Origin: an uncultured Novosphingobium sp.
Lineage (GTDB): Bacteria; Pseudomonadota; Alphaproteobacteria; Sphingomonadales; Sphingomonadaceae
Length of the DNA: 60,637 nt
Assembly: GCA_964627175.1 (NCBI GenBank)
Contig: CAZVHM010000002.1
Coordinates: 3,759 to 64,395 of the forward strand
Direction of reading: 5' to 3'
Shown one piece after another: positions 46,412 through 55,322 of this stretch; position 1 is the first letter of the stretch, and each line of letters opens with the position of its first letter. A program made the position numbers and the translations under genes. Below the pieces are notes generated by a model. It was not told the origin of the DNA. It saw nothing but the letters and a program-made list of their open reading frames with translations, and did not search any database.

Positions 46412-46724
46412 GTGAGGGCTGGCCTTCCGCGTCAGGGGGGCGTCTGAACAGCGGACCCAAACCATCCAACGAAGCGGCATCATCACCCACCACAAGGTTC
46501 TGAAGCCGAGCGGGTGGAGCGGCATGATCTGGCACGGGCCCATCGAACCTTGCTCGGGGCCCAGAAGCTTACCCCGGTTGCCCGCATCAAACGCAGCGCC
46601 ATGATCTTCGGGACTGCACGCAGATAGACCTGTCTGCGCTGAGCATGACGCACGTTGCGATTTGAACGACATCCGCGCGAAACCACTACCGCGCCTTTGC
46701 CCACCCCCTCCCCGTTCATGAACG

Positions 46725-46755
46725 AAAAAGGGGCACGGCTTTCGCCGCGCCCCTT
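46725..46755 (-). terminator. Rho-independent terminator of the TBDR
   Basis: AAAAAGGGGCACGG...CCGCGCCCCTT hairpin with a U-tract on the minus strand. Confidence 0.8.
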
Positions 46756-46777
46756 CAAGCGTGATAGGTTGATCAGC

Positions 46778-49279
46778 TTAGAACTTGTAACCAAGCTCCA
46801 CGCCGAATTCACGCGGCTTGCCAAGATCAAGCATGGCATAACCGAACACCGCATCATGCGGGAGGGTCGTACCGGGCGAAACCTTGTTCGCCGGACCAGC
46901 CGGATCGAAGGCGCTGGTGTAGTAGTACGTGTTGGTAAGGTTGTTACCAAATACAGCAAGCGTCCAACCAGCCTTGGACTTGTACTCAATGCGACCGTTG
47001 AGCAGCCCATAGGACGGCATCTGCACCGAGTTAGTCGGGATAGCAGTCGAAGCCTGCGTGTCCTTCCAGCCCCAGTTCACGTCGAAAGCCAGATCGTCAT
47101 CGCCACGCACCGGCACCGAATAGCTGGCACCAAGGGTGTACGACCACTTCGGACTACGGAAGTACGGGACGGTCTTTTCGATCTTCACGTTGCCGGCCCC
47201 ATCACGAACGTCATCGTCGTACTTGGAGTCGGTGTAACCAACGCTGGCGCGAAGCAGCAGGCCGTCGGTCGGGGCTGCCATGAACTCAGCCTCGAAACCC
47301 TTCACGGTCGAGTTGCCGTTGAGGGTGTACTGAACAGGCGGTGGGCCCGGATCGATGTACTGGATCTGGAGATCGCGGTACTTGATCAAGAACGCAGTCA
47401 GGTTGAAGCGCACCTTACGATCGAACAGATCCGAACGCAGACCTGCTTCATAGGTCCACAGCGTTTCCGGCTTGAACTCGCTCAGGCCGCAAACGATCAG
47501 GCTGTTGGTCGGGCAACGGGTCGACAGCGCATCGTTGAAGCCACCGCCCTTGAAACCACGCGAAGCCGAGACATAAGTCATGACATCGGGGGTCCAGCGA
47601 TAGTCAACCGTGAAGCGCGGCGACCAATTCTGCCACTTGCCCTTCGAACCGTGCTGGATGCTGGCATCGGTGGAACCCGGGAAGCCAACTGCACAGGTTA
47701 CGGTGGACGTGGGCGCGCCAACGGGAACCCCGCTGCTGTTCAGGCAGACGCGGCCGCGGGTTTCGCGGAAGCCGGTGAAGTCCTTCTGGTCCTCGGTCCA
47801 GCGCAGACCAGCCGTCACGCTCAGCGCCTCGGTGAACTGCATCGTGCCCTGACCGAAGAAAGCAAGGCTCTTGGTGGTGATCAGCTTCTGTTCAAGCTCG
47901 CCAAGGCCGCGGCCCTGCGCTGCAGTGAGCGGTGCGAGAGTATCCGAGAGCAGGCTGTCCGAATTACCCGACGTACCAAGACGGCGACGGTAATCGTCCG
48001 CATGATCCCAGTAGTAGAAACCACCAACGACCCACTTGAGGCGATCCTCAAACGAGCTACCCACGAGCTGCAGCTCCTGAGTGACGTACTCGATGTCGAT
48101 CTTTTCGTTCAGCTGATAGAGCGGAAGGGGAGTGCGATCGAAATCCTGGTTCTGGATCTGCTTGGTGTTCCGATAGCCGGTGAGTGACTTCACGGTGATC
48201 GAGTCAGTCAGGTCATAGGCAATAGTCGCGGCCAGACCGTAGGTCTTGAGCTTGTTGAGCTCGGGGCTGCCACCAAACACGGTGTAGCGGTCCGTAACCC
48301 GATCCTGATAGTACGCAATATCCTGAGCAGCAGTCGAATAGCCCGCAAAACTGCCACCGGTGGTCAGGTTGTTATTCAAGTTGGGCAGCCAAGTGGCCGG
48401 AACCAGACGACGAGCCTGCTCACCAACAGCGTTGTTAGCGTACAGCGCAGTCGGATAAAGATCGGTCGGGCTGAAACCGCGGGTGATGGTGGCGTTGCCG
48501 TCATCCTGCGAACGGATCCAGTCACCGCTCAGGTTAACGTCGAGCCGATCGGTCGGCTTCCAGCGCAGCTGAACACGGCCAACCGAGCTGTTGGTGTCGC
48601 CAGCCTTGTCGCCGTCCATGAGGCGGGTGACAAAACCGTCCTGCCCCTTCTTGGAGAAGGATGCGCGCAGAGCCAGCGTGTCGGAAAGCGGCACATTGAG
48701 GTTGCCGGACACGTTGAACATCGAACGCGAGCCGATCTGAACCTTCACGTTGCCCGCGACTTCATTGAACTCGGGCTTTTTCGTGACGTAGCGGATCGCG
48801 CCGCCAGCGGTGTTGCGACCGAACAGGGTGCCCTGCGGGCCGCGCAGAACTTCAAGACGCTCGATGTCGAGCAGGTCGAGCAGCGCACCGTTCGGACGCG
48901 CGAACAGAACGTCGTCGATATAGACGCCGACCGAGCTTTCCTGCGTGACGAAGCCGCTGGCCCCACCACCGATGCCGCGGATCGAGAACGCCGCCATCGA
49001 GTTGCCCTGGCCCATGGTGCCGCCGATCGAAACGTTCGGAATGAACGAGTCGAAGCCGCTCAGGCTGTTAACCCCCATCGAGACGAGGCCTTCGGCATCG
49101 ACAGCAACGATCGAGATCGGGGTTTCCTGGAGCTTCTGCTCATACTTCTGAGCGGTGACGACGATATCGCCAAGGCCGCCCTGATTGTCTTCCTCCGCGT
49201 TTTGCGCGAATGCGGGGGCGGCGGAAGCCAACCCGACCGCAAGGGCCAGAAGCCCTGCATTGTATTTCGATATCCTCAT
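46778..49279 (-). CDS. TonB-dependent receptor
   Basis: Signal peptide, 'DIVVTAQK', 'DIERLEVLRGPQGTLFGRNTAGG', C-terminal 'GYKF'. Confidence 0.95.
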   Translation of the reverse strand: MRISKYNAGLLALAVGLASAAPAFAQNAEEDNQGGLGDIVVTAQKYEQKLQETPISIVAVDAEGLVSMGVNSLSGFDSFIPNVSIGGTMGQGNSMAAFSIRGIGGGASGFVTQESSVGVYIDDVLFARPNGALLDLLDIERLEVLRGPQGTLFGRNTAGGAIRYVTKKPEFNEVAGNVKVQIGSRSMFNVSGNLNVPLSDTLALRASFSKKGQDGFVTRLMDGDKAGDTNSSVGRVQLRWKPTDRLDVNLSGDWIRSQDDGNATITRGFSPTDLYPTALYANNAVGEQARRLVPATWLPNLNNNLTTGGSFAGYSTAAQDIAYYQDRVTDRYTVFGGSPELNKLKTYGLAATIAYDLTDSITVKSLTGYRNTKQIQNQDFDRTPLPLYQLNEKIDIEYVTQELQLVGSSFEDRLKWVVGGFYYWDHADDYRRRLGTSGNSDSLLSDTLAPLTAAQGRGLGELEQKLITTKSLAFFGQGTMQFTEALSVTAGLRWTEDQKDFTGFRETRGRVCLNSSGVPVGAPTSTVTCAVGFPGSTDASIQHGSKGKWQNWSPRFTVDYRWTPDVMTYVSASRGFKGGGFNDALSTRCPTNSLIVCGLSEFKPETLWTYEAGLRSDLFDRKVRFNLTAFLIKYRDLQIQYIDPGPPPVQYTLNGNSTVKGFEAEFMAAPTDGLLLRASVGYTDSKYDDDVRDGAGNVKIEKTVPYFRSPKWSYTLGASYSVPVRGDDDLAFDVNWGWKDTQASTAIPTNSVQMPSYGLLNGRIEYKSKAGWTLAVFGNNLTNTYYYTSAFDPAGPANKVSPGTTLPHDAVFGYAMLDLGKPREFGVELGYKF

Positions 49280-49560
49280 GGTGTCGTTCCTCCCCTCAAG
49301 GTTCAAGATCGAACGTTCAAACTTTCGCCTGGACCGGAGGAATAACCCCCGGACAGTGGCGAAAACCAACGCGGCAGACAGTTCAGCAAGCCCGCTGCGT
49401 AACCAGAGCTTTCACCACCCAGGAGCCGACCACGCCAAATGCGAAAGGGCAAATATATGCGCATCACGCATATCAAACTGACCCATAATGCATCCGAGAG
49501 TGACGGCCTCATCCTCCCTGAATGCGATGACAGACTCGAAAATGAGTCGCCTCGCACTTT

Positions 49561-49571
49561 TTGCTATACAA
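49561..49571. promoter_or_regulatory. Putative operator TTGCTATACAA
   Basis: Near-palindrome about 280 bp upstream of the TBDR start. Confidence 0.55.
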
Positions 49572-49964
49572 TTGTGCCTATCGGATTCCGGCAAGTCGCA
49601 CAAGCAGGAAGTGTGAGGCAAAATGGCCTGCTGAACACGCTCAGCGACACGAGCCCTCCGTCAGGCTTGCGCTTTCAGCCACATCCAGTGGCGAACGTTG
49701 TAAGCTTAATGGCCGCCTTTGCGGATCCTCTCGGCGGTCAAACCCGCTTCCACCTTGGCCACGCGCTCATCCCAAAGCGCAGCACTGCAGCCAAGCTGCT
49801 GTCCCTCATTACGTCGCCCCGGACATGCAAGGCCGCCCACTTTCACGCCTGCCGTGAAATGCAGCGCCGAGGCCTGACGAACAGACCTCGGCGCTGGATC
49901 AACATCAATTGATGATTGCCTGGAAAATGGCGGGCATTATTCACCCGCCACTCCATGTACAACG

Positions 49965-50768
49965 TTACTTCCCGCCCTTGCCCTTCTGGGCGGCCAAACG
50001 GGCTTCGACCTTATCGACATGTTGATCCCACAGCGCAGCGCTGCAGCCATAACCGCCGACAGAAGTCCCCGGGGGAGAGCGTCGCAGCTCATTATGACCG
50101 CGCGCCGGCTTCACATAAACTTCCGGATCGATCTGCTCGAGATCGATGACCAGGGTCTCGCCATACACAGGATCGTTCTTGAGCTGCCAGCGCTCGACGA
50201 TCTTGGCATTGCTACCACGCGGCGTCGGGCTGATCATGTTAAGCGGCGTCATGCCGGTGGTCTCGATCACCAGCGTGTCACCTTCCCAATGCGCGACCGA
50301 ATAGCCCTGCGGGTTGTCGTTATACCCTTCCGGCTTCGGCCCACCGTTTATGTGAATGTTCCGATACTGGTCATACAGTTCGTACATCACGATGATGCGA
50401 TCTTCGGTCTGGTAAATTTCCTGGGCGTAGTCACGAGCCCGGATCAGGGAAGTCCACGGCATGCCCTTGACGAGGCAGACTGCGACCGCAGGATCGGCAT
50501 CTTCCCCCTTGTAGTTGGCCATGAAATGGTCGCGAGCAGCCTTCGCTTCGGGCGTGAATTCACCCGACTGCTCGGGGGTCACAGCCCGTTCCATAGTGGT
50601 CAGCTGCCAGATGCCGGCAAAGTTGGGGCGCTTGACCGCCGCCGGAGCAGCCACAGGCGCAGGAGCGACAGCCGCAGGCGCAGTGGCCACAGACGTCTGC
50701 GCGCAAGCGGAACTGGCGATCGTAACGAGGACCGCCGCTCCGCTCAGGATTGCGGATTTAAAACGCAT
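49965..50768 (-). CDS. Secreted protein of unknown function (paralog of 22959..23762)
   Basis: Signal peptide, Ala/Pro linker, 'CLVKGMPW', 'GYSVAHWEGDTLVIETTGMT', 'VGGYGC'. Confidence 0.85.
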   Translation of the reverse strand: MRFKSAILSGAAVLVTIASSACAQTSVATAPAAVAPAPVAAPAAVKRPNFAGIWQLTTMERAVTPEQSGEFTPEAKAARDHFMANYKGEDADPAVAVCLVKGMPWTSLIRARDYAQEIYQTEDRIIVMYELYDQYRNIHINGGPKPEGYNDNPQGYSVAHWEGDTLVIETTGMTPLNMISPTPRGSNAKIVERWQLKNDPVYGETLVIDLEQIDPEVYVKPARGHNELRRSPPGTSVGGYGCSAALWDQHVDKVEARLAAQKGKGGK

Positions 50769-50785
50769 GAGAAACTCCCCGTCGG

Positions 50786-51277
50786 TCATTCGAAAATTTC
50801 AGGATAGGCGATCAAACGCCCGCACGCGATGGTAGAGACCCAAAGGCACAGCGACAAAGCAACCGAAATCCGTCCAGCCAACGGCACCTCAGCCGCAGGG
50901 CCGGTCAATCCCTTGGCCACGCGAAAAGTGAAAAACAGCATGTTCACGCCAGCCAGGGCAATAAGCGCCAACTTCACGCGAAAGACCATATTTTCGGCGT
51001 TCTCGACCGGATAGGCGGTGAACAACGCCGCGCCGGAAAGCGCGATGATCACAAACCCGATCCAAGTGAAACGAAGCAAGTGGTGCTCACCCAACTCAAC
51101 CGCTGGCAGCGCGCGGGTCACACCGAGATAACGCAGATCGACCAGCGCGATCGTGCCAAACAATAGAACGATTCCAAACAGATGAATCGTCTCGAGAATT
51201 GGATATCCCCACAGGGAATCGCGCACCAAACCGGCAAGGCCGGTTTCGGACACGGCGGTCAGAAGCTCATTCAGCAT
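50786..51277 (-). CDS. DUF6644-like 4-TM membrane protein
   Basis: 'YPILETIHLFG', 'DLRYLG', 'KLALIALAGVN', 'GRLIAY'. Confidence 0.75.
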   Translation of the reverse strand: MLNELLTAVSETGLAGLVRDSLWGYPILETIHLFGIVLLFGTIALVDLRYLGVTRALPAVELGEHHLLRFTWIGFVIIALSGAALFTAYPVENAENMVFRVKLALIALAGVNMLFFTFRVAKGLTGPAAEVPLAGRISVALSLCLWVSTIACGRLIAYPEIFE

Positions 51278-51298
51278 ACATCACCCCCTTGTCAGCCA

Positions 51299-51781
51299 TC
51301 AGTCCTTGCCGCCAATATAGGCCAGCAGCTTGCCCAAGGTGACGAGAGTGAGAAGCGCGGCAATACCGACCGCGACCCAGAGCCCTGCCTTCGAGCGATC
51401 AGGGGCAGCGGAGCGCCAAGGTGCCGAAACGCTCACAGATCCACGCCAGAGCACAACAAAGTTAGCAATCGCTATCAGCAAGACGGCGAGCTTCAAACGC
51501 ATCACAGGGCTGACATAGAAGACTTCAGCGAACCCGATCGCCATCAGAACGCCAGCAACCGCTAGAATGGCGAGGCCGACACCAGCCACCCGCACACAAT
51601 AACGAACCAGATCGACCAGAGGCAGATTGCCACCCACGCCGACCAGCCTGAGATTGGCGACAAAGACCGCACCCGCAAACAGGCTAAGACCCAAAATGTG
51701 GGATACCTGCAGCAAGGGGTAAATTACTAGAGACTCGCGGATCAAGACCGCGAGGCCAGAGCCGTTAATTGCCTGTATCAC
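51299..51781 (-). CDS. DUF6644-like 4-TM membrane protein (paralog of 50786..51277)
   Basis: 'YPLLQVSHILG', 'NLRLVG', 'KLAVLLIAIAN', 'GKLLAY'. GTG start after GGGAGG. Confidence 0.72.
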   Translation of the reverse strand: MIQAINGSGLAVLIRESLVIYPLLQVSHILGLSLFAGAVFVANLRLVGVGGNLPLVDLVRYCVRVAGVGLAILAVAGVLMAIGFAEVFYVSPVMRLKLAVLLIAIANFVVLWRGSVSVSAPWRSAAPDRSKAGLWVAVGIAALLTLVTLGKLLAYIGGKD

Positions 51782-51862
51782 GACACCCTCCCGAAAGGCC
51801 CGCCACAACAGCAAGCCTGCTCCACCCGGCATCGTTGTGCCGGGTGGATCACCAGCTACTGA

Positions 51863-52273
51863 TTAGTCGAGAGCCTTGTCGTTGCCTTCCTTGTCACCAT
51901 AGAAGGTGCCGTCGGCAAACTTCACCTCACGAACGTAGATGTCATTCTTGATAGTCTTGTTGAGGTGGCCGTAAATCGTGATCGTCGTACCCGGCTTGAA
52001 CTTGGAGAAGTCCCATCCACGGCGGCGCAGCAGGTTGGCGGCGCTCGATTCAACAGCCCACGATTCGACGCGGTTGCCCACCTTCACATCAACGACCATC
52101 TTGCCGTGCGGATTGCGGAACATTGCCTGCTTGATAGTGCCCGTGATCGTCGAACGCTTGGTCAGATCATAGGCGGCCGGCGAATGGTGGGCAAAGGCGG
52201 TAACCGCAGGAACTGCGAGCGCCAGACCGGCCGCGACAACAACACCCCGAACTGCATTGATGCGATTGAACAT
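51863..52273 (-). CDS. DUF6152-like periplasmic protein (mature N-terminus His-His)
   Basis: Signal peptide 'AFA|HHS', 'NPH', 'WAVE', 'L.RRGW....KPG'. Confidence 0.8.
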   Translation of the reverse strand: MFNRINAVRGVVVAAGLALAVPAVTAFAHHSPAAYDLTKRSTITGTIKQAMFRNPHGKMVVDVKVGNRVESWAVESSAANLLRRRGWDFSKFKPGTTITIYGHLNKTIKNDIYVREVKFADGTFYGDKEGNDKALD

Positions 52274-52308
52274 CTGCTTTTTCCTCTACGATCGCCGCTT
52301 ATCCACGA

Positions 52309-52330
52309 CGGTATACCATTTTGTATTTCA
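52309..52330. promoter_or_regulatory. Putative operator CGGTATACCA-TT-TTGTATTTCA
   Basis: Same core and 12-bp period as 23821 and 35351. Confidence 0.6.
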
Positions 52331-52560
52331 TACCCCTGCGTCAGCGCTGGCGCAAGCCCCTTGCTGAGCAAGCCACGGAACTTCCGCGACCATTGTTGTC
52401 CTACACACCCACAGATTGACCGTGACTGAATAATGCATTCCCGCAGGCTTAAGCCTTACGCCAAATGCGCCGCAGAGATGGGCATCCTTGACACAATGTC
52501 GGACAATCTGCAAACTCACTCAAAATGTAGTCACATCATAAGTGCCTAAGGAGGATAACG

Positions 52561-53448
52561 ATGTCTGGCGTAGAGGCTCTCGGTTATATGGTCTTCGACC
52601 TCGCGCCCGAGCAGATGGCTCCAATGCAGGTGCTTCTGGGGCAAATCATGGAGCTGGATACTCCTTCCGACGGGGCCGGTGGATTCCACGCGCGTATCGA
52701 TGGGCGGCCCTTCCGACTTCACTTCCGCAAGGCCAGTGAATACCGCATTTCGGCGATTGGCTGGGAAGTGTCCGACGGCGATGGATTGTCCATCATGAAA
52801 TCGCGCGTTGAAAATTCCGGGATCATCTGCACGGAACTGTCCCCGGCAGAATGCCTGGCCCGCGCCGTCTCCGCCGGCTTCCGCTTTGTCGATGCTGATG
52901 GCTTCCATGTCGAAATAGTAGTCGACCGCCCCTTTGCCTCCGAGCCTGAACTGGAAGCGAAATTCGTCGGAGGAAAGGACGGCGCTGGATCCTTCGGGTT
53001 CGGCCATATTGTTCAGAGTAGCGCGAACCCTGCTGCGGCCATTGCCTTCTATTCGGATGTGATGGGCCTTGCGATTACCGATCGAATCGTCTGGCCGGAC
53101 GCTGACCTGATGTTTCTTCATTGCAACAACCGGCACCACAGCCTTGCCATCGCCGGTGAGGTACTCGGCCTGGAAGCGGGCCGAATCGATCACTTCATGA
53201 TCGAAGCGACCAGCCGCGAACAAATCGACGCGGCTTATGCCCAGCTGGAGGCTAACGGCTTCCAGGTCTCGATGACCCTCGGCCAGCATAGTAATGATCA
53301 CATGTACAGTTTTTATGTCTATGCCCCCGCCCCGTTCCGCATCGAATTCGGCTTCGGGGGGCGCGACGCCAAGCTGACGGAATACGAAGTATATGACAGC
53401 CCGAGCAACTGGGGGCACGAATTCCATCCGCCCAGCTTGCCGGCTTGA
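52561..53448 (+). CDS. VOC-family type I extradiol dioxygenase (BphC/HsaC-like)
   Basis: 'ALGY', Fe ligands GHIV/DHFM/IEFG, 'RHHS', 'GQHSND', 'SFY'. AAGGAGG RBS. Confidence 0.92.
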   Translation: MSGVEALGYMVFDLAPEQMAPMQVLLGQIMELDTPSDGAGGFHARIDGRPFRLHFRKASEYRISAIGWEVSDGDGLSIMKSRVENSGIICTELSPAECLARAVSAGFRFVDADGFHVEIVVDRPFASEPELEAKFVGGKDGAGSFGFGHIVQSSANPAAAIAFYSDVMGLAITDRIVWPDADLMFLHCNNRHHSLAIAGEVLGLEAGRIDHFMIEATSREQIDAAYAQLEANGFQVSMTLGQHSNDHMYSFYVYAPAPFRIEFGFGGRDAKLTEYEVYDSPSNWGHEFHPPSLPA

Positions 53449-53569
53449 TCGGAACTAGCCGGCAATTTCCACGACGGTGCCTGCCAGCCTGTCCACTTCA
53501 GCCCGATCATGGCTGACATATAGAATGGGCTGAGGTTCGATCCACCAGCAGGAATCACGTCGTCGCCAG

Positions 53570-54085
53570 GATAAGCTCGCCCGATGGCCACTCACTGTGC
53601 CTCTCCGCCGGAAAGAGTGCGTGGCCATCGGTCGAGAAGGTGGCCGATGCCAAGAAATTGCGCCGCATCTTCCATTCCGATCCGGCGATCACCGGGCGCC
53701 AGTTTCCACCCGTAAAGCAGATTGTCGCAAACCCTGAGATGGGGAAAAAGCCGGCCGTCCTGAAACACATAGCCAACGCTTCCTTTCCATAGCGGCCTGC
53801 CGGCACAAATATGTGGATCCGCGATTGCCAGCCGCTCGATTCCGAGCGCGGCCGCCAACGGGAAGCCAGGCGCAATCGCCAATCTGGCCCGGCTGCCGGC
53901 GGGACCAACCAGCAGTAGCCGGTTGGTTGCCAGTTGCGCCCGCGTTCCCAGCCGCAACAATCCTTTCCCCGCTACATAATCCATCCATTGCTCATCGGCG
54001 GAAACAAGCAGGTCTGCCGGCGCGCCGGGCGCAGTAATCTGCCTGGCCAGCGCAGAACTTGCCGCAAAGGCGAACACCGGCCTTG
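53570..54085 (-). pseudogene. modA-modC deletion remnant (molybdate ABC transporter)
   Basis: ModA-like 'FAASSALARQI..GAPADL.VSADEQWMDY...LAIADP' joined in frame to ModC-like 'VGYVFQDGRLFPHL...LSGGEAQ*VAIGRA'. Confidence 0.85.
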
Positions 54086-54189
54086 AGCGCCCCCGCTCCT
54101 CGGCACGTGCCACACCGGAACAGGCCACACGACAGGAAGCGCATGAACATTGAAACGCCGGCTTCGCTATGTTTCAGCGTATGGATCAG

Positions 54190-55155
54190 TCACCAGTGCA
54201 GCACCACCCGTCCGCGCACATGCTGATCCAGCAGCTCCTTGGCCAGCCTCTCCACATCGCCGAACGACGCATCCACAATCATCGGCTCGATCCGGTCTGG
54301 CGCCGCGTCCCGGCTAAGCCGGGCCCAGGCATCCGTGCGCACGGTGGCGGGCGGGTGAACGGAACCGATTCCCAGCAGGCACACGCCGCGCAGAATGAAC
54401 GGCGCCACCGTGGTTGGCAGTGCCATCGAACCGGCCAGCCCGCAGGCGGCGACTGCGCCATAAGCCTGGGTCGCCGCCAGCATGGCGGCAAGCACCGTGC
54501 CGCCAACCACATCAATTCCCCCCGCCCACCGCTCACGTTCAAGCGGACGGGGGGCCGTCTCCAGTTCCGACCGGTCGATCACTCGCGCCGCGCCGAGCTC
54601 CCGAAGGTAGTCAGCTTCGGCCACTCTGCCCGTAGCGGCGACGGCGTGATATCCAGCCTGTGCCAGCAGCATCAAGGCGAACCCTCCAACGCCGCCTGAC
54701 GGACCGGTCACCACGACTTCGCCGCTGCGCTCGATGCCATGTCGCTCAAGTGCGTCGACGGCCATCGCCGCGGTCACCCCCGCCGTCCCGATCGCTGCGG
54801 CATGGCGGTTAGACAATCGCTCGGGCAAGGCAACCAGCCAGTCCGGGTGAAGAGCTGCCTCCTCGGCATATCCGCCCCACTCCGCCTCGCCCATGCCATG
54901 ACCCGTGCCCACCACGCGGGTTCCCGGAGCAAACCGCCCACTGGCATCGCTGATCACAGTACCCGCCAGGTCCACCCCCGGCACCATCGGCCACCGGCGG
55001 AAGATCGGCGATCGCCCGGTCAGCGCCAAGGCATCCTTGTAATTGATGGCCGAGTGGCTCACCCGGATGCGCACCGGCAGAGGCGGCAGATCGGCGGAGG
55101 AAAGCTCCTCCCACCGCCCGCACCCATTCTTTTCACGCTGTACCCACGCCTTCAT
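54190..55155 (-). CDS. AcuI/YhdH-family acryloyl-CoA reductase-like oxidoreductase
   Basis: 'SAINYKDALA', 'PGVDLAG', 'IGTAG.TA', 'TVAPFILRGV'. Confidence 0.88.
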   Translation of the reverse strand: MKAWVQREKNGCGRWEELSSADLPPLPVRIRVSHSAINYKDALALTGRSPIFRRWPMVPGVDLAGTVISDASGRFAPGTRVVGTGHGMGEAEWGGYAEEAALHPDWLVALPERLSNRHAAAIGTAGVTAAMAVDALERHGIERSGEVVVTGPSGGVGGFALMLLAQAGYHAVAATGRVAEADYLRELGAARVIDRSELETAPRPLERERWAGGIDVVGGTVLAAMLAATQAYGAVAACGLAGSMALPTTVAPFILRGVCLLGIGSVHPPATVRTDAWARLSRDAAPDRIEPMIVDASFGDVERLAKELLDQHVRGRVVLHW

Positions 55156-55322
55156 CGCCAATCCCTTCCGCCGGCCATCGCCCTCTCTGGCGGCAAAACT
55201 GCACCCAACCGCCGCAACTGGCCAGCCCGTTCCCTTGCCGTCATCCATCAGCCGGTTATAGAAGGCCGGTGCCCTCGTCGGAACTGCCCTTGCCGCCACA
55301 CGACCGTGGCACTGCTTCCCGG

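Noticed and set aside
46412-46724. Possible sRNA or gene remnant between two terminators
   Set aside because: I could not support a promoter, a conserved structure or a recognisable protein fragment by eye.
49439-49912. 157-aa ORF in the long intergenic region
   Set aside because: It has no clear RBS or motif, has atypical composition, and overlaps the putative operator.
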